The translations under genes were made by a program, and so were the position numbers. From Geosiphon pyriformis uo1 (lineage: Eukaryota > Fungi > Glomeromycota), in contig JAAOMT010000240.1 in assembly GCA_016748015.1 (NCBI GenBank), positions 1 to 64,000 on the forward strand: a DNA stretch of 64,000 nucleotides, in the 5' to 3' direction. The notes beneath the pieces are model-generated. The model saw nothing but the letters and a program-made list of their open reading frames with translations. It did not search any database and was not told where the DNA came from. Of the stretch, positions 37,189 through 48,719 are shown in pieces; position 1 is the stretch's first letter; each line of letters starts with the position of its first letter.

Positions 37189-40100
37189 TTTGGTGCTCTT
37201 CCACAGAAACAACACAGCAAAAACAAATTCAAAGTGGTGACCACACCAAACACAACAACTTTAGAGTATTACCAATCAATTTACACTCACTGCAAGCAAA
37301 GATTCAACATTCCAGACGGAATTGAAGTTGTCAAGAAATCAGTATACCAATACATTGAAAACCGCATCAACAATTATCTTTTTAGAAATTACAATATCTC
37401 AGAAGTTAGAAGCAACCTTTACAATAATTTAGCACACTATTTACAGTTGGAAACTGAAGACCTTAACAGTGAAACACTTGCCACTTACTTTCAAAAACTT
37501 AATTTTAACATTATCAAGTACTATGAAAAAACATATCCAGTGCAGCCTCAATACTTTATTGATTTTGAATCAGAGACAGAAACAAACAACAAAGTCAAAC
37601 AAAAATTGAAGCAATACTCAAAAACCACCCCAAATACTCCAATACTACCAAAAACAACTGCCAAACACTTACAAACACCTGAACAAGGAACCAGTTCAAA
37701 ACTTCTATTCACCATCACACCTTTTCCAGCTTCACTTGCACAAGCACAAACACCTAATTCACCCTTGAATTGATTTGCAAGACCAGAAGATTTTATATCA
37801 CTTAGAAGTCTTATTAGACAGCAAGAACCCCTTCAAACTAATTCCAATCTTCTTGATTTTCTAGCTGAAAATTAAAGCAAACACTCTGAAACAGCAGCAA
37901 ATGAAGAAAATGACTCTGAAATAACTGAAGAAGAATTAATAAACAGTAAAAATAAAGAAAATGAAATGACAGCATACATTGCAAAAATCTCTGAATTTAA
38001 TGGAGAAGACATTGAGACCAGTCCCCAAGAATGGCTCAACCAAGTTATTAAAACTGGAGATGCAAATGAATGGAATGCTGCCAGAATGTTAAGAACAATT
38101 CCCTACTTTCTCAAAGGAACAGCAGGAGAATGGTTTGAAAACTTGGCTGCTCCATTCAATGATTGGGACACTTTCAAAGCAGCTTTCCTTGAACAGTTCA
38201 CTGACAATAATACCTCTATTACCCTTCGAAATTGTTTTCACAATATTAAACAAGAACCCTCCAAATCTGTTATAACTTATATTGAGAAATTCAACAAACT
38301 TCTCAGACAAATTCGCCAACTTGAAACTAATGATTATTATTCCGATGCTCAAATCTTGGATCAATTTATTGCTGGTTTAAAAGATAAACTAATTAAAAAG
38401 ATTTGCCCACATGTGTCAGAAGATTTAAACTCTGTCATACAGCATGTGAAAAGATACAAAATAACCATAGAAAAAACCAATCGCACAAAACTTATAAATT
38501 TGGCAATTGGAGAAACCAGCTCAGCAGCTGAGGAAAAAATTGACCAACTCACAAAGAAGATTGAAAACTATTTCACCAATCAACAACAACAGCAACTCCA
38601 AAGATATCAACCACTCCAAAGACAAAATCAAAATAACTTTGCACTACTTTCTAATAACCAGCCTCAGAATTGCCATTACTGTGGAATCTCTGGCCACTGG
38701 AAAAGAGATTGCAGAAAGCTACAATAAGACCAACAAAATAGAAGTAATCAACGTTATCCTCTACCACAGCAATCTTATTATCAACCACCACCACCAGCTT
38801 ACTATCTACCAAGACCCCAATACCAAAATAACTATTATTAGCCTGCTCCATAGCCAATTCAACAGCAATACCAACAACCACGCACACAATATTATCAAGT
38901 ATCTGCTCAAAGACTAATTACACAAAATCAATTTACACCACAAAACCGATACCAAGTAAACAACAATAGAATCAGTTCGAACAACCAATTGGTTCCCCAA
39001 AATTCCACTTAACCAAAACCCAACCACTATCATACTCAACCCAGTTATTTAACAATGTCAGAAGAACAGGATTTTCACCATACTGCATTCTCAGAAGGTA
39101 GAGCTGCAGCACAACAACAAAACTCTTCCTATACTCCCACCACAATCCCACCAGCCAGAATTGCTGAAAACGCCAACCTTTCAGATATATTTCCTTTTGA
39201 GTTCGAAGCAAATGAGTCACCATTCCTGCTTAGCAATGCAGCCACCAACAAACAAAAAGCAATCATGGCTATATACACTAAAGCAGAAGTCAAAGAAAAG
39301 ACAATTTGCTTGATTCTAAACAGTAGATCCACTGGAAGCATTATCACCTACCAGTTAATGCAACAGTTGAAAAGAAATGTTGACCAACCAGCTCAAACAG
39401 TAATTGTCACTGTCGATGGCATGAAAAAGACCCCAGTAGGAGAAATTGACAATTTTCCATTTACTTTTGATAGAATCACCATTCCAGTCAAAGTTCTTGT
39501 AATGAATGCACCCCAGTATTAAGCCCTTGTTGAAAATGATTGGCTCCAAAAAGCCAATGCAAAATTAGACTGAAAAACCCAAGAATTACAACTCTTTTAT
39601 CAAGGACAACATACCCGAGTACTCACTACTTGTGGTACATTCAACAAATGCTCTGAGAAAGCCCCAGCTTTTGAATTCGAACTGGAAGAAGAAAAACTCA
39701 TCATTGAAACGTTTATGGCACTTAGATCAACCTCCAATTGGGCTGATGAAACTGAACAACAATACTTTTCAACGAATGATTCTCTTGAAACAAAAGAACC
39801 AGTGACAACCAGATGGAATGTCCCCTATTCAAAACCAGAACCACAAAAACAACACCCTTACATTCCACTCAAATATAAAGATTGCCACAAGAAACTCTCA
39901 TCAATGAGAGCCTGCATTTCACCTAAAGAAGAATATGAAAATCATACTTGTTATTACTGCAAGGCTTGCCATAGAGAATGATGGAGCCATCTAATAAAAA
40001 GAAACGAAAAATAGGACAACACCCCTTGTTTGACTTGTGGAGATATGCTACCAGAAGAATGCAATTGGATTGATGTAGCAATGAGAAGAGGAGTCTGCGA

Positions 40101-42867
40101 TCAGACCTGCCAATATGCTTTATCAATTTCAGAAAAAGTAAAAAGAGGAACATTCTTTAATGCGGCATACAACAGTGCTCTCAATAAACTTTATCACTAT
40201 CCTCATAATGCCAAAATGATTTTTGACCTAGCAATGACATTAATTAATGGAGCTATCAAAGAAGATGTCCATCAAATGAAGGAAGCAGAATACATTGAAT
40301 ACACTATGGAATTAGCTGGATTCAATTACAAAGATGAAGTAGAAGTCTACCACCAAATTGTAAGTCACACCTACCCAATCCAAGAAGCTTAAATTTAATG
40401 ATTAGAGCAAATGAACATTAGGCTATGTGAAGAATGCATTATGCCTTGTAATAAACAGTAGTGTCCTGAATGCTACACTCTTAGCATCCCCTTGCCCAGC
40501 AAAAGTAATAAGAATGAAATTGAATTTGGAGAACCTGAAGCAACAGAAGAAATTGAAACAACACCCATCTACCTTATCGAAAATCAGTCTGCCTTACAAC
40601 TCAAATACTTCAACAACAATGGACAAAGAATAAAACCTGAAAAAGCACATGAAATTAATGCTGGATATGACCTAAGATATCCAGACAAAGATACTCTTGT
40701 TCTCAAACCCAAATCTCTTACAAAAATCAACCTCAAAATTGCACTCAAAATCCTGCCAGGAGCAATGGTTCAAATTGCCTCCCGGTCCTTTCTGGCAAGC
40801 AAAGGAATCAATGTCAGAGGAGGAATAATTGATGCTGAATATACTGGAGACATTACAGTAATGCTTCAAAATGAAACTGACAAACCATTCAAGATTGAAC
40901 ATGCTGAAAAAATTGCCCAAGCTATTTACCTATTTCTAATCAACATTTTGGGTTTGCAATTAGTCAATCAAAGAGAACAATTAAGAAAAAGTGATAGAGG
41001 AACCCAAGGTTTTGGTTTAACTGGATGATTCACAGTTCTAGTTAATATAGCTCTTAACACACAGAACAAATCCCACCAGATTCTCAGACTTCCACAACCA
41101 ATTATCATCTCACCCTTTGGAGAACATTTGGAAATCTACATCTGCCCAAAGCCAACAACCATACAACAAATTTTTGAGTCCAATGAACAAGTCTGCTTGG
41201 AACATAATATTTTGATCCCAAACATTTATATTCCAGAAGAAATAAAAAAAGTCTGAGTTACTTTTTACAATCCCAACAATTACCCTATAGTTTTATTAAA
41301 TAATTTAGAAATTGGAGTTATTCACAGTAATATATTTCAACAAGAATTACCCCAAACAGTCCCCAATTTCTCTAAAATTATTGGATATTTACTACCAAAA
41401 ATCAACCCAAACCCCAGCTCTGAAAACTACCATGTTGTCATGGAAAAATTATCTCGAATCAACATGGGACAACTTGAACCACAACAACAAAACCAGCTCA
41501 AAGAGCTAATTGCAGAATTTGCTGATATCTTTGCCAAAAACAACAATGACTTAGGAAGAACCAATTTGGTTCAACATCAAATCTACACAGGAGATGCCAA
41601 ACCAAGGTGACAACAAGCCTACCAAGTTGCTCCAGAAAGCCACCAATTCATCCGAGAAGAAGTACAACAAATGCTTAACAATGGGCTCATCCAACCCTCC
41701 ATGAGTTTTTGGGCTTCACCTGTAGTGCTAGTTAAAAAGAAAAATGGAAAGATACAATTTTGTGTTGACTATTGACAACTCAACAGTGTTATAATTGGAG
41801 ATGCCTACCCCCTTTCCCGAATTGATGACATGTTAGATGCCCTTGGAAAATCCAAATACTTTTCAACACTAGATTTAGAAAGTGGTTACTGGCAAGTTGC
41901 TATGGATCCCAAAGATTGCCCCAAAACAGCATTTACCACCCAAGGCAGAAATTACGAGTTCAATGTAATACCCTTTGGATTATGCAATACACCAGCAACG
42001 TTTCAGAGATTAATGGGTGTTGTGTACAAAGGGCTCCTTTGGAAGTCAGTAGTTGTTTATCTTGACAATACTGATGTTTATTCTCCATTGTTCAAATTAC
42101 ACTTAAAACACTTGCGAAAAGTTTTTCAATGATTACAAAAAGCAGGACTAAAACTCAACATCAAAAAATGCTATTTTGGAAAAACAAGCTTGGCCTTTCT
42201 TGGTCATATTATTAGTAAAGATGGAATCAAACCAGACCCTGGAAAAATCAGCACTGTCAAAAACTTCAAAACTCCTCGAAACACTACAGAACTAAGAGGA
42301 TTCATAGGGTTAGCCTCCTACTATCAGAAATTTATCAAAGGATTCTCAGAAATTGCAAAACCTCTCAACCAGCTTACCACCAAAAACATCAAATACAAAT
42401 GGATTGCTGAATGCCAAAATGCATTTGAAATCCTCAAAGAAAAACTAATGACAGCTCCAATTCTTGCCTACCCAGATTTCAGCAACCAATTCCGATTAGC
42501 AACAAATGCTTCTTATACTGCCTTTGGTGCCATCTTATTACAATTAGATGACAACGGAAATAAGCGAGTAATTGCTTATGCTAGCAGAACATTAAAACCA
42601 GCTGAAAAAAACTACCCTGCCATAGAACTAGAAACAGCAGCCATAATCTGGGCCCTACACCACTTCAACCTTTATCTCAGGCCTAAAAAATTCGATATTA
42701 TCATTGATAATATTGGACTCAAATGGCTTCAGAACAAAAATACTCAGCTAAATGCAAAACAAACCTGATGGACAGAATTTTTAGCAAACTATCGATACAT
42801 AGTACATCACAAATCAGAAAAACTCCACACCAATGTTAACTGTCTCTCCAGAATGAGACAAGATTAG
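37189..42867 (+). pseudogene. Gypsy-A single-frame gag-PR-Cys domain-dUTPase-RT-RNase H
   Basis: All ORF pieces (37150, 37966, 39055, 39715, 40030, 40492, 41830, 42190) are in one frame. CHYCGISGHWKRDC; LILNSRSTG (decayed DSG); AGYDL/GIIDAEYTG; LDLESGYWQ, PFGLCN.PATFQ, YLDN; RH motifs. Confidence 0.93.
37191..37204 (+). promoter_or_regulatory. Primer binding site (tRNA not assigned)
   Basis: TGGTGCTCTTCCAC, 2 nt after the LTR. TGG is complementary to tRNA CCA. Confidence 0.75.
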
Positions 42868-42918
42868 AAAACACAAAAACCAACACTCAACTTAACCAAC
42901 CAAAACAGCCAACAAACA

Positions 42919-44304
42919 ATGAATTCGGAAAACTACAACAATCTCAAACAATATTTGGAAACATTAAAAATCCCAACAGATTGGTCTCCAGATGAAAAAC
43001 ATTGACTACAACAACAAGCCAAACAATATTTTCTACACAACAACATTATTTATCATCGAAATTTCAAAAACCCAGACAAACCACTCAGATTAATACAAGA
43101 ACAAGAAAAAGAGATTATATTATACAACATGTACTCAGATCCTTTATCAGCATACTTCGGAAAAGACAGCACCATTCAAAGAACACTAGAATACTACTTT
43201 TAGCCTCAAATGAGAAAAGACATTCACGAATATATTAAATCTTGTGATAATTGTCAAAGAAGAGAAGAAACATGCTCTACTGAACCATTAAATCCAATCA
43301 AAGTTGGACAACCCTTTGACCAAGTTGGTATCGATTTAGTCAGACCACTATCTATTACCACTCAAGGAAACCGTTATATTGTAGTAGCTATAAACTATCT
43401 TACTAAATAGCCTAAAACCAGAGCCATTCAACAAGCAGATGCAAAATCAGTAACAAAATTCATCTATGAAGACATCATTTGTAGACACGGATGTCCAATT
43501 GAACTTTTATCCGATCAGGGAACACACTTTGTGAACAACCTGATACAAAAAATTTGCAAACAATTCAATGTCAAAAGACCTCTGTCTTTGCCCTACCATC
43601 CACAAACAAACAAACTTGTGGAACGTTTTAACAGAACATTGTGTGAGTCATTAGCCAAAGTCTCAACCAATTTTGAGCAAAAGTGGGATATCTTTATTCT
43701 ATCAGTGTTACTAGCATATAGAACACTAAAACAAAATACCACAAAACACACACTATTTGATTTAACTTATGAAAGGACAGCAATATTACTAATTAGTTTC
43801 ACAGTAGAAACATACCCAGTACAACCAATTGATAAAAACAATTTTCAAGAAACACTACAACGAAGAGTTTATACTCTGCTTAGCACATTGGAAGGAAAAC
43901 GACAAATAGCAGCAACTCATATTGAACATTCTCAAGCTCAACAAAAAGAAAAACATAACAACAAATTACCATCTATTACCAACGAATTTAAAGTTGGAAA
44001 TAAAGTTCTCTTATACAGAACTAAAGCTGAAAAACAATGGAGTGGAAAATTTGAAAATAAATAGGATGGACCATTTTTTATTCATAAAATTCTAGGCAAC
44101 AGATCATACAAGCTAAGACTTGATAACAAAATCCTAGCAAAAGTTGCACATGGAGATTGTTTGAAACACTATAATTCCAAAAACAATCCTGAACCATTAA
44201 TTCCACAAATTGGCACACATTCTTCTTTAATCAATCCCGAAGATATTCCCTGGAATTTAGAACCAATAGTTGTCATTGAACAACCTCCCAACTTAAACAC
44301 TTAA
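42919..44304 (+). pseudogene. Gypsy-A integrase ORF (HHCC, DDE, GPF; no chromodomain seen)
   Basis: CDNCQR, GIDLV, SDQGTHF, YHPQTN.LVERFNRTL, GPF. Has its own ATG after the RH stop. Confidence 0.9.
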
Positions 44305-44426
44305 TTTAAATTTATTATTATAGTTATCTTCTTATAATTTAGAAACAATCTCACAAAAACAAAACAAAAATAACATAAAAACCCATACACCAAAAATAAT
44401 TTTCTTTTATTTTCAAATCTCTTATA

Positions 44427-44952
44427 ATGACTATTCCTCAAAACATTCAACAATTATCCCAAAAACTAATGTTAGCTTTAAAAACAATANNNNNNNNNNN
44501 NNNNNNNNNNNNNNNNNNNNNNNNNNNNNNNNNNNNNNNNNNNNNNNNNNNNNNNNNNNNNNNNNNNNNNNNNNNNNNNNNNNNNNNNNNNNNNNNNNNN
44601 NNNNNNNNNNNNNNNNNNNNNNNNNNNNNNNNNNNNTATTCGGAAACAACTCCACAATGAATTTAAGACAACAGCTGGACCTACAAACAGTCATTATAAA
44701 CTAAGAGCTGCTCTTAAACTTTATGACCTATTTCACACCTGTGAAAACGTTCTACAAAACCCAATTTTACAACCTTTAAAGATTCAATATATTGGAAAGC
44801 TCACAGAACTGAAATTTTAACAATTTTCAGACCAAATTTCTTCAATAATTTTGGATTATTATCTGAAAATTACAGACAGTACTTGGACTTCGACAGAGCT
44901 CAGTCTTGAGAAGGAGGTTATGTTACCAGATGAAATTAAAGATATTTTTTAG
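44427..44952 (+). pseudogene. Gypsy-A ORF3, copy 2 (gap inside)
   Basis: Homologous to 3-599. Crosses the PPT and stops 30 nt inside the LTR. Confidence 0.7.
44908..44918 (+). promoter_or_regulatory. Polypurine tract
   Basis: GAGAAGGAGG just upstream of the 3' LTR. Confidence 0.8.
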
Positions 44953-45906
44953 CATGAAATTACCCTTATAAATCTTATCATTAATTAGCATATATTATTG
45001 TTTCAAATTATCACTTATTACATTAGCAAAATATCTGAAATTATCATTTAATTAATAACCCAATTTGTACATAACACAAATGTAACCTAATTGCAATAAT
45101 CAATCATGTAATATCCCGAACTATGTAACATTCAAAAAGTTTGCTGAAATTTGTAGAAATTCACCGAAATAATTGATAGTTCACCAAAATATCTAATAGT
45201 TTGCAAAAATAACTTATAGTTCACTGAAATGTATCTTTAGTTCAGCGAAATTGTAGAAAATAGCAAAGTTTGAGTTCATAGAATAGTGTTATGACAAGTT
45301 GTATAAAAGAAGAGCTTTTCTCTTCAAGAAAATGTATCTTACTTCAGATTTAAAACAATTAGAATAATTTTTTACACCCAAAAAACAAATAAATATCAAA
45401 TAATTCGAAAAGCCAAATTCTTAAATTATTTCCCTTGAAATTAACCAATTCCTATGAACAGTTGAAATTGACTAGCTACCAATTTCAGTAAACTGTTAAA
45501 GCACTTCCAAGCCTAGATCCGAAACAACTTCCATAAATCATCAGTTTTACTTTTTTTTTTATATTTCTTTTATTCTCTTTCTTTTCTTATTATAAATCAT
45601 TTGGGTAGCCTACAGACAAGAATTCCTGTAGAAGAGTTGACTTTCACAGCAAAGTAACTATACGTTTTAGTGAGCTTCCAGACAAGCAATTTCTGAGAAA
45701 GAGTTGACGTTTACTATAACATAACTATACAAAGTAACTGGCACAAAATTGGCCATTCCACTTATAAGTCCAGCAGTTCAAATTATAGGAGATAATTTGA
45801 AGATAAATTCAGTTACTGGAGGTTCAACTACTTCCTGAAAACGTGAATTCACAGCAAATCAACATCAACAACATTCAAGAAAAGAGACCAAAAACCTCCA
45901 GTAACA
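44921..45906 (+). repeat. 3' LTR family A
   Basis: TGTTACC...GTAACA. Confidence 0.95.
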
Positions 45907-46525
45907 CTGTTGCTAATTTACTTTTCACAGCTGAGAAATTAATATTCAAAGCAAACAACTTTCTAATTGACACTTCTACAGGAGTTTTGATAATTTTAGG
46001 GTCAATCCACTTTTTTCTAAAAAGATAGATAAGCGAGAAGAGAGCACAACTTCATCATCATCCATATGAAAATTAGGAGAGCTGAGTGGAGAACCAAAAC
46101 CAGCATCAGTGTTGACTCACTTTGCCTTAGATGTAGTAGCAGCTAAACCCAAAAGAGACCTACCAATTGTTCCAGACATGCTAACATTCTTGTCCTCACC
46201 AGATAGACTCTCTACATCAGAATAAATACTGCCACTAAACTCAGATTTGCTCAAGAATATATCTCTTTCATCACCAGAGTGTTTTACATTACTAAGAACA
46301 ACCTTTTTCTTCTGAAAAAAAGAGCCACTAGCAGAACCATAAAAAGCACTCTTAGAAGCCTTCTTCTTAGGTGTGGTGCTACTAGTAGTAGTTTCCATAT
46401 CTATAAAGAATAGGTTACTATTAGGTAAAAAAATATTAATATAGACTGAAAAAACAAAAAAAACTTTTTTTTCAAAAAATGTGCTTTTTGGGAATTTGTG
46501 GAAGTAAGAGAGAAAGAAGTTTTTT
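45907..46525 (-). mobile_element. LINE copy 4, 5' segment (5'UTR and ORF1 start)
   Basis: ORF 46117-46398. The frame rejoins 36201 after removing one TSD copy (KSKLATAKTQLIRKIF). 5'UTR motif CTTCTTTCTCTC..CACAAAT.CC is shared with copy 3. Confidence 0.88.
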
Positions 46526-47975
46526 TTTTTTAAGTTTTTATATTATTTTTTATAACTTTTTTAATTAAAACAATAAATATTAATATTTTTGTACTTACTT
46601 TAAAAATTTTAAATTAATTTTAAACCATTAAAATTTTATATTTGAAAAATTTTTTAATTATATTAACCAGAAAGCTATTTAAAAAATTCATTTAAAAAAA
46701 TAAAAAAATCATAACAAAATAATATATTTTTATTTTATAATCTGTAAATACAAAGATCAAAATTTAAAAAATTGGTTTAAAAATTTTTATTAACAAAATC
46801 AATTATAATTGCTATTTTGTTTTTAATTTATATAATAAAAAATAACAAATTAATTTATTTAAAAAACTTTTAAGTAAATATGTTTTTAATTTTATTTTTA
46901 ATTAAAATATTATATTTTTACATATTTGTTTTTTAATCAAATTTATCTAATATTATTAATTATTTTAAATAAATATTATATTTATTTAATTCAAACAATT
47001 TTATTATTTATTTGTTAAATAATAATTAATTAAAACTTTAAAACAGATTATAAATTAGAATTAAAAACAAATAAAATATAATTTTAATAATTATAATAAA
47101 AATAAATTTTTGGTTTTTTTAATAATAATTGGTTTATTGTAAACTAAAAAGTATGATATTAATAAATTAATTAACTATAATAATTATATAAAAATATATT
47201 TTGGAAATTTTGACAATTTTGTAATAAATTTATAAAATTTTATTAATATTAAAAAATAAATATTAATTTTTTTTAATAATTAATAAAATTAATGCTTTAA
47301 TAAATTTTTTTATATATATTACAAAAATAAAATTTTCAAGTTAAATTTATTAAAAGATTTATTAATTTTAAAGTATTTAATAATTAATTAATTTGTAATA
47401 GTTAAAAATTTTTAAATTATATTAAAAATATATAATAATTTATTTTTGAATAATAATTTAAAACATAGTAATAACAAATTTTTAAATTTTATTTTAATTA
47501 ATTTGCAAAATGCATATTTATTATTTAAAAATTTATAATACATAATTAATTAAATTATTAAAAAAACTTATAATAAAATTAATGTTTAAATTAATTGTAT
47601 TAAACTATTTATAAATTTTTTGATTTTTTATATAATTTAAAACTGTGATAGTATTGCTATATATTTATATATATATTTGTACAATATTATAAAAAATAAA
47701 TTGTATAACAAAAAACTAAACAATTAAATAGTTTATAACAATTCTGATTTTTACAATTTTTACTAATTATCCAATTAATTGAAAAAGGATTTTGAATGAA
47801 ATAGGTCGCTAAACCTTTTTAATCTTAGTGCATGGTCTAATTAATTTCGCGTCTCATCTAATAATCGATATCTTATACATGTACTAAGAGTATTTAAATG
47901 ATTTCATCAAAAACTGGGACAATGCACCCTGCACATAATTATAGCATTGTTACACATAATAATTTCACTATTTTC

Positions 47976-48011
<36 letters not shown>

Positions 48012-48719
48012 AAAGAGTTCGGCTTCTCGGGGAATTGAAAGTTATAAAGCATCATAAGATTCAACATTTCGGCCACAAATTTGTAATTTTCTATAATTCA
48101 CGAACAATTCTGTAATACCATTGTGTTATTAATTTCTAGTTTTCCGCTTTAAGAAGCCCTAAGCCATCATTTATTTTTTGGCCAATCATCCTCTTTAAAA
48201 TATTCCTTTCTTTGATTGGCTATGGGTTAATGGCTAACCAAAATTTCAATAAGCAAACTCCCAAATCTTTTTTATCGACTTTTTGATATCCAAATTTGAA
48301 TGAAGTTCGCGAGCCGCTTCGTCGTTCTTCCTGAAACTGAAAAGGCAAAATAGCAAACTCTTTACCTTTACAAAGGAACGGCCAGTAAATGTGGTGTTCC
48401 AACTTATCAAGAATAAAATTCGAAACATTTGTTACCTTTTACAAACTTCCGTACATAGAGTGACATCAATAAATTTATTTGACAAAAGAGAAAACAAACC
48501 TATCAAATAAAAAATCCTATCTCATTTCTTCACAACCTTTACCTCTTTTCCACCCTCTTTACAATATATATCTGGTATTTGACCGACAGATACTACCCAA
48601 TTTTGTAATCTCGAAATTCTGAATAAAATATTTTTTGATTACCAAGCAATAACAAAACTTTTCATACAATTTGCCAGCTTCATTTAGAATAGAGAAATCA
48701 TACACATGTTGACACCAGA

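Larger units (their letters stand above)
36202..45906 (+). mobile_element. Ty3/Gypsy LTR retrotransposon family A, copy 2, full length (~9.7 kb)
   Basis: Paired ~987-bp LTRs, PBS and PPT. TSD CCGT (36198-36201) / CTGT (45907-45910). Domain order gag-PR-(Cys)-dUTPase-RT-RH-IN. Confidence 0.96.

Noticed and set aside
46530-47760. AT desert (also 14340-15430 and 62050-62730) as identifiable elements or a point centromere
   Set aside because: Probably eroded TEs, but I could not recover paired TIRs or a recognisable protein. A TACAGT at ~62216 has no visible partner.
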